64,000 nucleotides of DNA from an uncultured Candidatus Rokubacteria bacterium (GCA_963747235.1 CAVVEU010000005.1:32001-96000); one strand, 5' to 3'; counted from the stretch's first letter, positions 39,962-49,760 are shown. Program-made: numbers and translations. The notes: a model not told the origin generated them from the sequence alone.

Positions 39962-40537
39962 GTGCTGCGACCATCACGGGCGGGGCGCCGAATCTTGACC
40001 GCGCTCGTCCTGGCCGCGCTGGCCCTGCCTCCCGCCGTCGAGGCGCAGCCGCTCCGCTTCCGCATCCAGCCCGAGGCCAGCGAGATCACCTTCCGGGCGA
40101 CGTCGCGGTTGATGAACGCGGACGGTCACTTCTCCCGCTTCAGCGGCGACGTGATGGTGGATCCCGCCGTCCTCACCACCGGGCGCATCACCCTCACGAT
40201 CGACGCGGCCTCGCTCAACACCGGGATCGAGATGCGCGACAACCACCTGCGCAGCTCCGACTTCTTCGACGTGACGCGCTTCCCCACCGTCGCCTTCCAG
40301 AGCGTGCGGATCGAGGCGTCGGGGCGCCGGGCCACCGTGGTGGGCCGCCTGACCCTGCACGGCGTGACCCGGGAGGTCGCGGTGCCGATCGACGTGCAGA
40401 TCACCAATACCGCGCTCGTGGCGAGCGGCGAGTTCATCGTCAACCGCGGCGAGTACGGGATCAACTACAACTCGTTCGTGAACCCGATCGGGAACGAGGT
40501 CCGCGTGGCGTTCACCTTCCGCGCCCGCGTGCCCTGA
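39962..40537 (+). CDS. YceI-family lipid/polyisoprenoid-binding periplasmic protein
   Basis: Signal peptide; IDAASLNTG..RDNHLRSSDFFDV..FP; GRLTLHGVTREV. Confidence 0.92.
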   Translation: MLRPSRAGRRILTALVLAALALPPAVEAQPLRFRIQPEASEITFRATSRLMNADGHFSRFSGDVMVDPAVLTTGRITLTIDAASLNTGIEMRDNHLRSSDFFDVTRFPTVAFQSVRIEASGRRATVVGRLTLHGVTREVAVPIDVQITNTALVASGEFIVNRGEYGINYNSFVNPIGNEVRVAFTFRARVP

Positions 40538-40548
40538 GGAGCCCACAC

Positions 40549-41259
40549 ATGGATGCACGGACCGCGGGACGTCGCATGACCGAGCTCTTGAACCTGACCA
40601 GCCGGCCGGTGGCGGTGACGTTCACCGCGACCGCGCCCGCCGGTGTCCCGCGGGTCGCCAGGGCCGGGCCCGCCGGCTGCGCCTACTGGAAGCAGGCCGC
40701 GGAGGGCGCGGTGTTCTACACCGAGGCCGCCGATCACTACAATTGCCCGGTCGGTTCGTTCACCCACGGCATCACGCTGCCGCCCGAGCGGGCCAAGGAG
40801 CTCGAGGATGTGGTGGGCACGATGGTGGGCCTGCAGTACATCCGGATGGAGGAAGTGGGCGCGCTGCCGCGCCGGACCGCGCCGTTCCAGGTGGCGGTCT
40901 ACGGCCCGCTGGCCGAGACGCCCGCGCCGCCCGACGTGGTGCTGGTACGCGGCCGCGCGCGCCAGATCATGCTGGTGGCCGAGGCCGCGCGCGCGGCCGG
41001 GATCGTGGGCGACGGCGCCGCGATGGGCCGGCCCGCCTGCGCGATGATCCCCGCCGTCCTCGGCGGGCCCACCGGCGTCACCAGCCTCGGCTGCATCGGC
41101 AACCGCGTCTACACCGGCCTGGGTGACGACGAGCTCTACTTCACGATCCCGGGTCCGAAGATCGGCGAGGTGGTGGAGCGGCTCGAGACGGTGATGGACG
41201 CCAACCGGGCGCTCGAGACGTACCACGAGGGGCGCCGGGCTATAATCAGTCCCCCATGA
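40549..41259 (+). CDS. DUF169-family protein, copy 1
   Basis: PVAVTF, CAYWK.A, NCPVG, PDVVLV, PACA, SLGCIGNR..GLGDDELYFTIP. Confidence 0.78.
   Translation: MDARTAGRRMTELLNLTSRPVAVTFTATAPAGVPRVARAGPAGCAYWKQAAEGAVFYTEAADHYNCPVGSFTHGITLPPERAKELEDVVGTMVGLQYIRMEEVGALPRRTAPFQVAVYGPLAETPAPPDVVLVRGRARQIMLVAEAARAAGIVGDGAAMGRPACAMIPAVLGGPTGVTSLGCIGNRVYTGLGDDELYFTIPGPKIGEVVERLETVMDANRALETYHEGRRAIISPP
41241..41246 (+). promoter_or_regulatory. Perfect TATAAT -10 element 9 nt before the CoA-transferase ATG (leaderless-type)
   Basis: GGGC-TATAAT-CAGTCCCCC-ATG; rare AT hexamer in GC-rich DNA and no SD sequence. Confidence 0.5.
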
Positions 41260-42452
41260 ACGCGCCCCTCGCCGGCCTCCTCGTCGCCGATCTCACCCAG
41301 AACGTGGCGGGCCCGTACTGCACCCAGATCCTGGGCGACCTCGGCGCGGAGATCGTGAAGGTGGAGCGCCTCGGCAAGGGCGACGACGCGCGCGCCTGGG
41401 GGCCGCCCTTCTGGGGCCAGGAGAGCGCCACCTTCATGAGCGTCAACCGCAACAAGCGGAGCCTGTCGGTCGATCTCAAGGCCGACGAGGGGCGCGCGGT
41501 GGTCGAGCGGCTGCTCGGCCGCGCCGACGTCTTCGTGCAGTCGCTCCGGGCCGGCGCGGCGGAGGAGCTGGGCCTGGGCTACGCGCGGGTCGCCGGGCTC
41601 AACCCGCGCCTGGTCTACTGCTCGGTCACCGCCTTCGGCACCGAGGGCCCGCTGAAGGACCGGCCCGGCTACGATCCGCTGATGCAGGCCTACGGCGGCA
41701 TCATGTCCATCAACGGCCATCCCGATCAGCCGCCCGCGCGCGTGCCGGTCTCGGTGGTGGACATGGGCACCGGCATGTGGGCGGTGATGGGCATCCTCGC
41801 CGCCCTGCGCGAGCGCGACCGCACCGGCCATGGCGCCGAGGTCACCACCGCGCTCTTCGACACCGCGCTCGCGTGGTCGGTCTTCCAGATGAGTCACTAC
41901 TTCGCCACCGGCGAGATCCCGCGGCCTCAGGGCTCGGGCACCGCGATGATCGTGCCCTACGAGGCCTTCCCGGTCGTGGACGGGTGGGTCATGATCGCGG
42001 CCGGCTCGGACGCCCTCTTCGTGAAGGCGACCGGCGCGCTCGAGGTGCCGGCGCTGGCCCGCGATCCGCGCTTCGTGGACAACCCGCGGCGCGTGGAGCA
42101 CCGCGTGGCCCTGCAGGAGGCCCTGGCCCGGGTCACGCGGACCATGACCGCGGACGAGCTGCTGGGCCGCCTCCAGCGGGCGGGCGTGCCGTCGGCGCGC
42201 GTGTCCACCATGGACCAGGTCGCCACCGAGCCGCAGACGGAGGCGAGCGGCATGCTGGCGGCGGTGAAGCATCCGCGCCTGCCCGACTACCGCCCGGTGG
42301 CGCTGCCGATCAAGTGGGACGGCGAGCGGCCGCCCGCCACGCGCGTGCCACCGCTGCTCGGGGAGCACTCGGCCGAGGTGCTGGCCGAGCTGGGCTACGA
42401 TCACGCCGCCATCCAGGGGCTCGTGGAGCGCCATGTCATCCAGCTACTATAA
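41256..42452 (+). CDS. Family III CoA-transferase (CaiB/BaiF)
   Basis: AGPYCTQILGDLGAEIVKVE, NRNKRS, PGYDPLMQA catalytic Asp, PLLGEHS. Confidence 0.93.
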   Translation: MNAPLAGLLVADLTQNVAGPYCTQILGDLGAEIVKVERLGKGDDARAWGPPFWGQESATFMSVNRNKRSLSVDLKADEGRAVVERLLGRADVFVQSLRAGAAEELGLGYARVAGLNPRLVYCSVTAFGTEGPLKDRPGYDPLMQAYGGIMSINGHPDQPPARVPVSVVDMGTGMWAVMGILAALRERDRTGHGAEVTTALFDTALAWSVFQMSHYFATGEIPRPQGSGTAMIVPYEAFPVVDGWVMIAAGSDALFVKATGALEVPALARDPRFVDNPRRVEHRVALQEALARVTRTMTADELLGRLQRAGVPSARVSTMDQVATEPQTEASGMLAAVKHPRLPDYRPVALPIKWDGERPPATRVPPLLGEHSAEVLAELGYDHAAIQGLVERHVIQLL

Positions 42453-43230
42453 GACGCTGAACGTCGCGACCTCCGCCGAGGGCCACGTGGTCACGGTGGA
42501 GCTGAACCGGCCCGAGGCGCTCAACGCGATGAACACTGCGATGGGCGAGGACCTGCTGCGCTGCTTCGACGAGCTCCACCGCGACCGCGCGGTGCGCGCG
42601 GTGGTCTTCACCGGCGCGGGCACCAAGGCCTTCTGCGTGGGCGGCGACCTGAAGGAGCGCGAGGGCATGAGCGACGAGACCTGGCGCGCCCAGCATGTGA
42701 TCTTCGAGACCGCGGCCGCGCGCGTGCTGCACTGCCCGGTGCCGGTGATCGCGGCGGTCGAGGGCTTCGCGATGGGCGGCGGCTGCGAGCTGGCCGTGCT
42801 CTCCGACTTCGTGGTCTGCGGCGAGACCGCGGTGTTCGCGGTCCCCGAGGTCACGCGCGGCATCTTCCCGGGCATCGGCGGCACCCAGCTCCTGCCGCGC
42901 ATCCTGGGCGCGCCCATGGCCAAGGAGATGATCTTCACCGGCCGCCGCGTGGACGCGCGCGAGGCCAAGGCCATCGGGCTCGTCAACCACGTGGTGCCCG
43001 CCGGCCAGGCGCGGGCCAGGGCGCTCGAGATCGCCGGGACGATCGCGGACAACGGCCCTTTCGCGGTGCGCCAGGCCAAGAAGGCCATCGGCCGGGGCGG
43101 CGAGACCGATCTCGAGACCGGCATGATCCTGGCCATCGAGGCCTACAACAACACGGTCACCACCGACGATCGCCTCGAAGGCGTCCGCGCGTTCAACGAG
43201 AAGCGCAAGCCACGGTTCACCGGGAGATGA
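42433..43230 (+). CDS. Enoyl-CoA hydratase (methylglutaconyl-CoA hydratase-like)
   Basis: LNRPEALNA, AFCVGGDLKER, GGGCEL, PEVTRGIFPG.GGTQ, AFNEKRKP.F. Confidence 0.92.
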   Translation: MSSSYYKTLNVATSAEGHVVTVELNRPEALNAMNTAMGEDLLRCFDELHRDRAVRAVVFTGAGTKAFCVGGDLKEREGMSDETWRAQHVIFETAAARVLHCPVPVIAAVEGFAMGGGCELAVLSDFVVCGETAVFAVPEVTRGIFPGIGGTQLLPRILGAPMAKEMIFTGRRVDAREAKAIGLVNHVVPAGQARARALEIAGTIADNGPFAVRQAKKAIGRGGETDLETGMILAIEAYNNTVTTDDRLEGVRAFNEKRKPRFTGR

Positions 43231-44405
43231 GCATGGCCGACATGACGTTCACGCTGAGCGACGAGCAGAAGGCGTTGAAGGCGGCAGTCTACGACCTCTG
43301 CAAGCAGTACCCGGCCGAGTACTGGCGCGAGCTCGACGCCAAGCGCGAGTACCCGGAAGCCTTCGTCAGCGAGCTGACCAAGGCGGGCTACCTCGCGGTG
43401 CTCATCCCGGAGGAGTACGGCGGCGGCGGGCTCGGCATCATGGAGGCCGCGCTCATCCTCGAGGAGATCGGGCGGGCGGGCGGCAATCCGGCGGCCTGCC
43501 ACGCCCAGATGTACATCATGGGCACCGTGCTCCGGCACGGCACGGAGGCGCAGAAGCTCGAGTACCTGCCGAAGATCGCGGCCGGCGAGCTGCGCCTGCA
43601 GGCCTTCGGCGTGACCGAGCCCAACGCGGGCTCGGACACCACGAAGCTCCAGACCACCGCGGTCCGGAAGGGCGACCGCTACGTGGTCAACGGGCAGAAG
43701 ATGTTCATCTCGCGTGTGCTGCAGTCCGATCTCATGCTGCTGCTGGCCCGCACGACGCCGGTGGACCAGGTCAAGAAGAAGACGGACGGGCTCAGCGTGT
43801 TCCTCATCGACATCCGGGAGCTCAAGGGCAAGGGACTCGACGTGCGCCCGCTCAAGATGATGATGAACCACTCCACCAACGCGCTCTTCTTCGACAACAT
43901 GGAGATCCCCGCCACGAGCCTCATCGGCCAGGAGGGCCGGGGTTTCTCCTACATTCTGGACGGCATGAACGCGGAGCGCATCCTGGTCGCCTCCGACTCC
44001 CTCGGCGACGCGCGCTGGTTCACCGAGAAGGCGGTCGCCTACGCGGGCCAGCGCGTGATCTTCGGCCGGCCGATCGGGGCCAACCAGGGCGTGCAGTTCC
44101 CGATCGCCAAGGCGCACGTGAACATCGAGGCCGCGGATCTCATGCGCACCAAGGCCGCGCGCATGTTCGACGCAGGCATCCCGTGCGGCCCCGAGGCCAA
44201 CATGGCCAAGTACCTGGCCTCGGAGGCGGCCATCGAGGCGGGCAATGCCTGCATCGACTGCCACGGCGGCTACGGCTTCGCGGAGGAGTACGACATCGAG
44301 CGCAAGTTCCGCGAGTCGCGCCTCTATCGGGCCGCTCCGATCAACAACAACCTGGTCATCGCCTACGTCGGGGAGCACGTCCTCGGCATGCCCCGGTCGT
44401 ACTGA
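43227..44405 (+). CDS. Acyl-CoA dehydrogenase
   Basis: ACHAQMY, LRLQAFGVTEP.AGSD, GMNAERIL, HGGYGFAEEYDIERKFRE, HVLGMPRSY. Confidence 0.93.
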   Translation: MSMADMTFTLSDEQKALKAAVYDLCKQYPAEYWRELDAKREYPEAFVSELTKAGYLAVLIPEEYGGGGLGIMEAALILEEIGRAGGNPAACHAQMYIMGTVLRHGTEAQKLEYLPKIAAGELRLQAFGVTEPNAGSDTTKLQTTAVRKGDRYVVNGQKMFISRVLQSDLMLLLARTTPVDQVKKKTDGLSVFLIDIRELKGKGLDVRPLKMMMNHSTNALFFDNMEIPATSLIGQEGRGFSYILDGMNAERILVASDSLGDARWFTEKAVAYAGQRVIFGRPIGANQGVQFPIAKAHVNIEAADLMRTKAARMFDAGIPCGPEANMAKYLASEAAIEAGNACIDCHGGYGFAEEYDIERKFRESRLYRAAPINNNLVIAYVGEHVLGMPRSY

Positions 44406-44409
44406 GGGC

Positions 44410-44964
44410 ATGCTCGGGCCGATCCTCGAAGGCGAGCGCGTCCGGCTCGAGCCGCCGCGGCCCGAGTACTTCCCGGTCTACCAGCGGTGGTTCGCGGACA
44501 TGGAGGTGACGCGCTACCTGCTCTATCGCTTCCCCTTCACCACGAAGTGGGAGGAGGAGTGGCTGGAGCAGGTGGGCCGGGACCCGGCCCAGGTGATGTG
44601 GGCCATCGTGCTCAAGCAAAACGGCCGCCTGATCGGCAACGCCGCGCTCGAGCACCTCGAGTGGCGCAACCGCCGCGCCGAGAGCGGCATCGTGATCGGC
44701 GAGAAGGACGAGTGGGGCAAGGGCTACGCGGGCGAGGCCATGCGCCTGCGCACCCGCTACGCCTTCCGCGAGCTGGGGCTCGAGACCATCACCACCCGGG
44801 TGGTCCTCGCCAACGCGGCGAGCCGCCGCGGGCTCGAGCGGGCCGGCTATCGCCAGGCCGGGGTGCTGCGCCACCACTACTTCGTGGACGGCCGCTGGCA
44901 CGACGCCTGGGTGGGTGAGATCCTCAAGGACGAGTGGGAAGCATCCCAGGAGACGACACGATGA
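44410..44964 (+). CDS. GNAT acetyltransferase, RimJ/RimL-like
   Basis: LEGERVRL, AESGIVIGEK..WGKGYA.EA, NAASRR.LERAGY. Confidence 0.88.
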   Translation: MLGPILEGERVRLEPPRPEYFPVYQRWFADMEVTRYLLYRFPFTTKWEEEWLEQVGRDPAQVMWAIVLKQNGRLIGNAALEHLEWRNRRAESGIVIGEKDEWGKGYAGEAMRLRTRYAFRELGLETITTRVVLANAASRRGLERAGYRQAGVLRHHYFVDGRWHDAWVGEILKDEWEASQETTR

Positions 44965-45911
44965 AGCTGCCCAAGCATGTGACCATCTGCGAGGTGGGAA
45001 CGCGGGACGGATTCCAGATCGAGCCCGAGTTCATCCCGACCGACCAGAAGATCGACGTGGTGAACCGGCTGGCCTCGGCGGGGATGCCCCGCATCGAGGT
45101 GACCTCGTTCGTGTCGCCCAAGGCGATCCCCCAGCTCCGCGACGCGGCGGAGGTCATGGCCGCCATCACCCGGCGGCCCGGCACGGTCTATTCCGCGCTG
45201 GTGCCCAACGACAAGGGCGCGGTGCGGGCGGTGGATGCACGGGTGGACGAGATCCACACCGTGGTCTCGGCGAGCGAGAGCCACAACCTCGCCAACGTGA
45301 ACATGACCATCGCGGAGTCGCTCACCAAGCTGGGCGCGGTGGCAGAGGTGGCCCGGCGCGCGAGTGTCCCGGTGGTCTCCGGCATCTCCTGCACGTTCGG
45401 CTGCCCGTTCGAGGGCGACGTGCCGGTGGACCACCTCGAATCGGTGGTCGCGCGCCTGGTGGATCTGGGCGCCCGCGGCATCGGCCTGGCCGACACCACC
45501 GGCATGGCCAATCCCGCGCAGGTCGCCCGCGTGCTCGAGCGCCTGGTCCCGCGCTTCCCCGGCATCGAGTGGACGCTCCACACCCACGACACGCGGGCGA
45601 TGGCGATCCCGAACATCCTGGCCGCGATGGAGTACGGGGTGACCCACTTCGACGCCTCCATCGGCGGGCTCGGCGGCTGCCCCTTCGCCCCCGGCGCCTC
45701 CGGCAACGTGTGCACCGAGGACCTCATCCACTGCCTGCACGCGATGGACGTGGAGACCGGCGTGGATCTCGACGCGCTGATCGAGACCTCGAAGCGCGTG
45801 CAGCAGATCGTCGGGCGGGGGCTGCCCGGCCAGCTCGTCAAGGCGGGCAAGTGGGACCGCCGCTACCCGCTCCCCGACGGGGTGCGCGAGCGCATCCCCG
45901 CGCGCCCATGA
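44961..45911 (+). CDS. HMG-CoA lyase family (DRE-TIM metallolyase)
   Basis: EVGTRDGFQ, TSFVSPK, FGCPFEG, LADTTG, HTHDTR, GGLGGCPFAPGASGNV.TED. Confidence 0.92.
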   Translation: MKLPKHVTICEVGTRDGFQIEPEFIPTDQKIDVVNRLASAGMPRIEVTSFVSPKAIPQLRDAAEVMAAITRRPGTVYSALVPNDKGAVRAVDARVDEIHTVVSASESHNLANVNMTIAESLTKLGAVAEVARRASVPVVSGISCTFGCPFEGDVPVDHLESVVARLVDLGARGIGLADTTGMANPAQVARVLERLVPRFPGIEWTLHTHDTRAMAIPNILAAMEYGVTHFDASIGGLGGCPFAPGASGNVCTEDLIHCLHAMDVETGVDLDALIETSKRVQQIVGRGLPGQLVKAGKWDRRYPLPDGVRERIPARP

Positions 45912-46465
45912 CCAAGACCGCCACGCGCATGCTGCGGCTGATGGATCGAGCGGTCACGGAGTGGACCCTCCCGGTGATCGGCCGCGAGAAGGGGCGCGTG
46001 CTGCGCCGCCTCCTGCTCAAGCACAAGCCCAAACGGGGCATCGAAGTCGGGTCGCTCTTCGGCTACTCCGCCATTCTCGTGGCGGGCCACCTGCCCCGCG
46101 GCGGGCGGCTCACCTGCGTGGAGCAGAATCCCTACCTCGCCAAGTTCGTGGAGTACAACGTGGACGCCGCCGGCCTCGGCTCCCGCGTGAAGGTCGTGGT
46201 GGGCGACGCGCTGCGCGTGCTGCCGCTGCTGCGCGGCCCGGTGGACTTCCTCCTGCTCGACGCCAAGAAGGAGGACTACCTCGACTACCTGCGCGCGGTG
46301 GAGCCGCGCCTGCGCAAGGGGGCCCTGCTCGTGGCCGACAACACCGGCATGTTCCGGCGCGACGTGAAGCCCTATCTCGACCACGTGCGCGCGGGCGGAC
46401 GCTACGAGAGCCGCGAGCACGACTTCGGCTTCGACTGCATGGAAGTCTCCGTGTTCCGCGGGTAA
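45908..46465 (+). CDS. Class I SAM-dependent O-methyltransferase
   Basis: IEVGSLFGYSA, VGDAL, DFLLLDAKKEDY, LVADN. Confidence 0.88.
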   Translation: MTKTATRMLRLMDRAVTEWTLPVIGREKGRVLRRLLLKHKPKRGIEVGSLFGYSAILVAGHLPRGGRLTCVEQNPYLAKFVEYNVDAAGLGSRVKVVVGDALRVLPLLRGPVDFLLLDAKKEDYLDYLRAVEPRLRKGALLVADNTGMFRRDVKPYLDHVRAGGRYESREHDFGFDCMEVSVFRG

Positions 46466-46474
46466 CGGGCCTTC

Positions 46475-46978
46475 ATGTTCGGCGAGCAGCACGACCCGGA
46501 GTTCCTCAAGCACCTCTTCGAGACCACCGAGATCCTGCGCAAGCCGGTGGCCGGCATCATCGCGGGCTACCACGTGCTGCCCTACATCCTGGTGGGCCCG
46601 CAGGAGGCGAAGCCGGCCTCGTCGGTGGAGATCCGCGGCAAGATCAAGGTCTCCCCGCGTCTGGTGCTGGCTCCCGGGCGCGCGGGCCAGACCTACGGCG
46701 ATCTCTTCAAGGAGAACGAGCTGATGGACGAGGCCCTGATCGCGCGGGTCTTCTCCTTCGCCTACTCCAATCGCCACCAGGTGACGCTCGAGAGCGAGGA
46801 CCTCAAGATCCAGCGCTGGGACCGCAACCCCCAGGCCCAGGTCGAGCGGGCGCTGGACGAGCTCGCGCAGCGGGAAGTCATCAATACCGGTGTGATCCTC
46901 GCGCCCAATGTCCGGTTCTATCCCGTCTCGCTCGACCGCTTCATCACCGAGATCCTGGACCAGGAGTTCAAGTCGTAG
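46475..46978 (+). CDS. Hypothetical protein, 167 aa
   Basis: Strong host-like codon bias and globular composition; co-oriented with neighbours; no motif recognised. Confidence 0.75.
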   Translation: MFGEQHDPEFLKHLFETTEILRKPVAGIIAGYHVLPYILVGPQEAKPASSVEIRGKIKVSPRLVLAPGRAGQTYGDLFKENELMDEALIARVFSFAYSNRHQVTLESEDLKIQRWDRNPQAQVERALDELAQREVINTGVILAPNVRFYPVSLDRFITEILDQEFKS

Positions 46979-46998
46979 GCGTGAGCCCGGCGACCGCC

Positions 46999-47544
46999 AT
47001 GCCGACCATGGAGGAGTACCTCACCCGCCCCGTCGGCGATCGGGTCGCGCGCCTCCGGAGCACGCCCGACGAGGTGGCCCGCCTGCTGGACGGCAAGGCC
47101 GACCGGGCGCTGTCGCGGCGCGCCGACGCGCGGAGCTGGGCCCCGAAAGAAATCGTGTGTCATCTTCGGGATGTCGAGGAGCTCTTCCTGGTCCGGTTCC
47201 AGACCATCCTCGCGGTGGAGGATCCGCCGATCCTCACGCTCGGCGCGAGCCCGGATGGGCTGGCCTCCTGGGGCATCGGCGGCGAGATCGGCCATCCGCT
47301 CGATCCGGACCGGTGGGCGGAGGAGCGCCAGTACGCGCGCTGCGATGGGCTCGCGGCGCTCCAGGCGTTTCGACGGCCCCGGCGCGAGGTGGTGGACCTG
47401 CTCGACGCGCTCGACCCCCGGCAATGGCGACGCGGCGGCATCCATCTGGCGCGCGGACGCATGGAGCTCGGCGAGTGGGTGGCGAGTCTGGCCGGCCACG
47501 ACGACAACCATCTGGGCCAGCTCGAGCGCGCGGTCGTTCGATGA
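46999..47544 (+). CDS. DinB/YfiT-family metal-binding protein
   Basis: WAPKEIVCHLRDVE ... AGHDDNHLGQL His triad pattern. Confidence 0.85.
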   Translation: MPTMEEYLTRPVGDRVARLRSTPDEVARLLDGKADRALSRRADARSWAPKEIVCHLRDVEELFLVRFQTILAVEDPPILTLGASPDGLASWGIGGEIGHPLDPDRWAEERQYARCDGLAALQAFRRPRREVVDLLDALDPRQWRRGGIHLARGRMELGEWVASLAGHDDNHLGQLERAVVR

Positions 47545-47566
47545 GAAATCCCTGGGAGGGAACACC

Positions 47567-48361
47567 ATGACCACTGAGAAGTACGACTGGGACGCCATCG
47601 TCAACGGCCTCAACCAGTACCTGCGCCTGCGCACGATCCCCATCGGCATGAAGCTCTTCGAGACCGTCGAGGAGATGGAGGCCATCCCCAAGATCCGCCG
47701 GCCGAAGAGCAAGCACACCACCGATCAGATCGTGGCCCAGGCGCGCCAGCTCGGCTGGACGGTCGGCATCACGATGGCGGATCTCATCGGCGCGCAGTGC
47801 GGCGCGGTCATCGGGCTCCATCCCCAGGACCCCGAGTGGCTCTCCGGCAAGCGCATGGCCGGCGTGTGGTTCAAGACCCAGGAGGACGCGAGCCTTCACC
47901 AGCACGCGATGGACTGCGTGCCCCACGGGCGGTACCACGCGATGGCGGTGGCGCCGCTCACCTCCGGGCGCCTCGATCCGCCCGACATCTGCCTCATCTA
48001 CGGCACGCCGGGCCAGATGATCTTCTTCATCAACGGGCTGCAGTGGATCGGCTACAAGAAGATGTCGTTCACGTCGGTGGGGGAGTCGGCCTGCGCGGAT
48101 TCCTGGGGCAAGGCGCTCAAGACCGGCGAGCCCGCGCTGACCATCCCCTGCTACGCGGAGCGCCGCTACGGCGGCGTGGCCGACGACGAGCTCCTGATGG
48201 CGATTCCCCCGCGCTTCCTCCCGAAGGTCGTGGAGGGCCTGGCCGCGCTGAGCAAGAACGGCCTGCGCTACCCGATCCCGCCCTACGGCATCCAGAGCGA
48301 CGCGGGCGCGGGCCTCGCGGTCAGCTACCCGGGCGCCCCGGCGGGGGCGGGCGGGCGCTGA
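47567..48361 (+). CDS. DUF169-family protein, copy 2
   Basis: LRLRTIPIGMK, QCGAVIG, PDICLIYGTPGQM, ESACAD, IPCYAERRYGGVADDELLMAIP. Confidence 0.8.
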   Translation: MTTEKYDWDAIVNGLNQYLRLRTIPIGMKLFETVEEMEAIPKIRRPKSKHTTDQIVAQARQLGWTVGITMADLIGAQCGAVIGLHPQDPEWLSGKRMAGVWFKTQEDASLHQHAMDCVPHGRYHAMAVAPLTSGRLDPPDICLIYGTPGQMIFFINGLQWIGYKKMSFTSVGESACADSWGKALKTGEPALTIPCYAERRYGGVADDELLMAIPPRFLPKVVEGLAALSKNGLRYPIPPYGIQSDAGAGLAVSYPGAPAGAGGR

Positions 48362-48365
48362 TCGG

Positions 48366-49760
48366 TCAGAGCCCGAGCGCCTCGGCGACCAGCCGCGCGA
48401 GCTCGCGCCGGAGGGCGTCCCGCTCGGGCGCGCGCGCCGGCTCGTCATGGAGGTTGCGCAGCTCGTAGGGATCGGCGACGAGGTCGTAGAGCTCGTCCAC
48501 CCCGTCGCGGTTGACCCAGTGGATGAGCTTGGCCCGCTCGGTGCGCACCGCCTTGTAGGTCATCCCCACCAGCCAGGGCATCGCGTTCTCGCTCCAGTAC
48601 TCGACGAGGAACGACGTGCGCCAGTCGGCCGGGCGCCCGCCGCCGAGCAGCGGAACCAGCGAGCGCCCCTGCACCTGCGGGCCCGGCGTCCCGCCCGCCA
48701 GCTCGAGCATGGTGGGCGCGATGTCGAGCGCCAGCACCATCGCGTCAGGCCGGCTGCCCGCCGGCACCAGCGGCGGGTAGCGGACGAGGAACGGCGAGCG
48801 GATCCCTTCCTCGTAGGCGAAGCGCCGCTCCGGCCCGAGCGCGTGCTCGCCGAAGAAGTAGCCGTTGTCGCCCAGGAAGAGGATGCAGGTGCGGTCGAGC
48901 TGCCCGGTGCGCTCGAGCGCGTCGAGCAGCATGCCGATCCCCTCGTCCACCGAGGCCATCATGGCCGCGCGCAGGCGGATCTCCTCCTGCGTCCCCGCGT
49001 GGATCGCGGCGAGCACCGCCTGCGCGCGCTCCGTCGCCTTGAGCCGGAAGGCCTCCGCCCAGGCCGGCTTCGCCCGCACGACCTCGTCGGGCGGCAGCAC
49101 GTTCGGCCGCGGCGGGAACACGCAGCCCCGGTAGAGATCCTGGTGGCGCTCGGCCGGCTTGTAGCCCCCGTGGCGCGTGAGGTCGAGCGTGCCGTCCGCG
49201 GCCTGATGCGCGTCCGGATGCACCGCCTTGTGGGCGAAGAAGAGGCTCCAGGGCTTCGCGCGAGGCCGCTCGACGAAGGCCACCGCCTCCGCGTTCAGCA
49301 CGTCCGTCACGTAGCCCGGGCTCGCCTGACGCCGGCCGTCCACGTTCAGCTCCGGATCGAAGAGCTTGCCGTGGCCGTCGAAGCTCACCCAGCGGTCGTA
49401 GCCCGCGCGCGGCGAGCCGTCATTGCCCATGTGCCACTTGCCCACGTGCGCGGTCTCGTACCCCAGCCGCTGCAGCTCCAGGTGGTAGTTCGGCAGCCGG
49501 TGGCTGGCCGCGTCGCGCGCCACATTGTCGATGATGCCGTGGCGGCTCGCGTACTGGCCGGTCACGATGGACGCCCGGTTGGGCGAGCAGAGCGGCGTGG
49601 TGTGAAACGCGTTGAGGCACATCGCGCCCTCGCGGGCGAGGCGATCCACGTGCGGGGTCAGCATGTACGGGTGCCCGCCCGCCCCGAACTCGTCGAAGCG
49701 CAGGTCGTCGATCAGGATGACGAGCAGGTTGGGGCGGTCGGCCGCGCTACGCTGTGGCAC
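48366..49760 (-). CDS. Formylglycine-dependent sulfatase (N-acetylglucosamine-6-sulfatase-like)
   Basis: PNLLVILIDD, LCSPNRASIVTG (CxPxR), GKWH, GDNG, ELYDL..DPYE. Confidence 0.92.
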   Translation of the reverse strand: MPQRSAADRPNLLVILIDDLRFDEFGAGGHPYMLTPHVDRLAREGAMCLNAFHTTPLCSPNRASIVTGQYASRHGIIDNVARDAASHRLPNYHLELQRLGYETAHVGKWHMGNDGSPRAGYDRWVSFDGHGKLFDPELNVDGRRQASPGYVTDVLNAEAVAFVERPRAKPWSLFFAHKAVHPDAHQAADGTLDLTRHGGYKPAERHQDLYRGCVFPPRPNVLPPDEVVRAKPAWAEAFRLKATERAQAVLAAIHAGTQEEIRLRAAMMASVDEGIGMLLDALERTGQLDRTCILFLGDNGYFFGEHALGPERRFAYEEGIRSPFLVRYPPLVPAGSRPDAMVLALDIAPTMLELAGGTPGPQVQGRSLVPLLGGGRPADWRTSFLVEYWSENAMPWLVGMTYKAVRTERAKLIHWVNRDGVDELYDLVADPYELRNLHDEPARAPERDALRRELARLVAEALGL

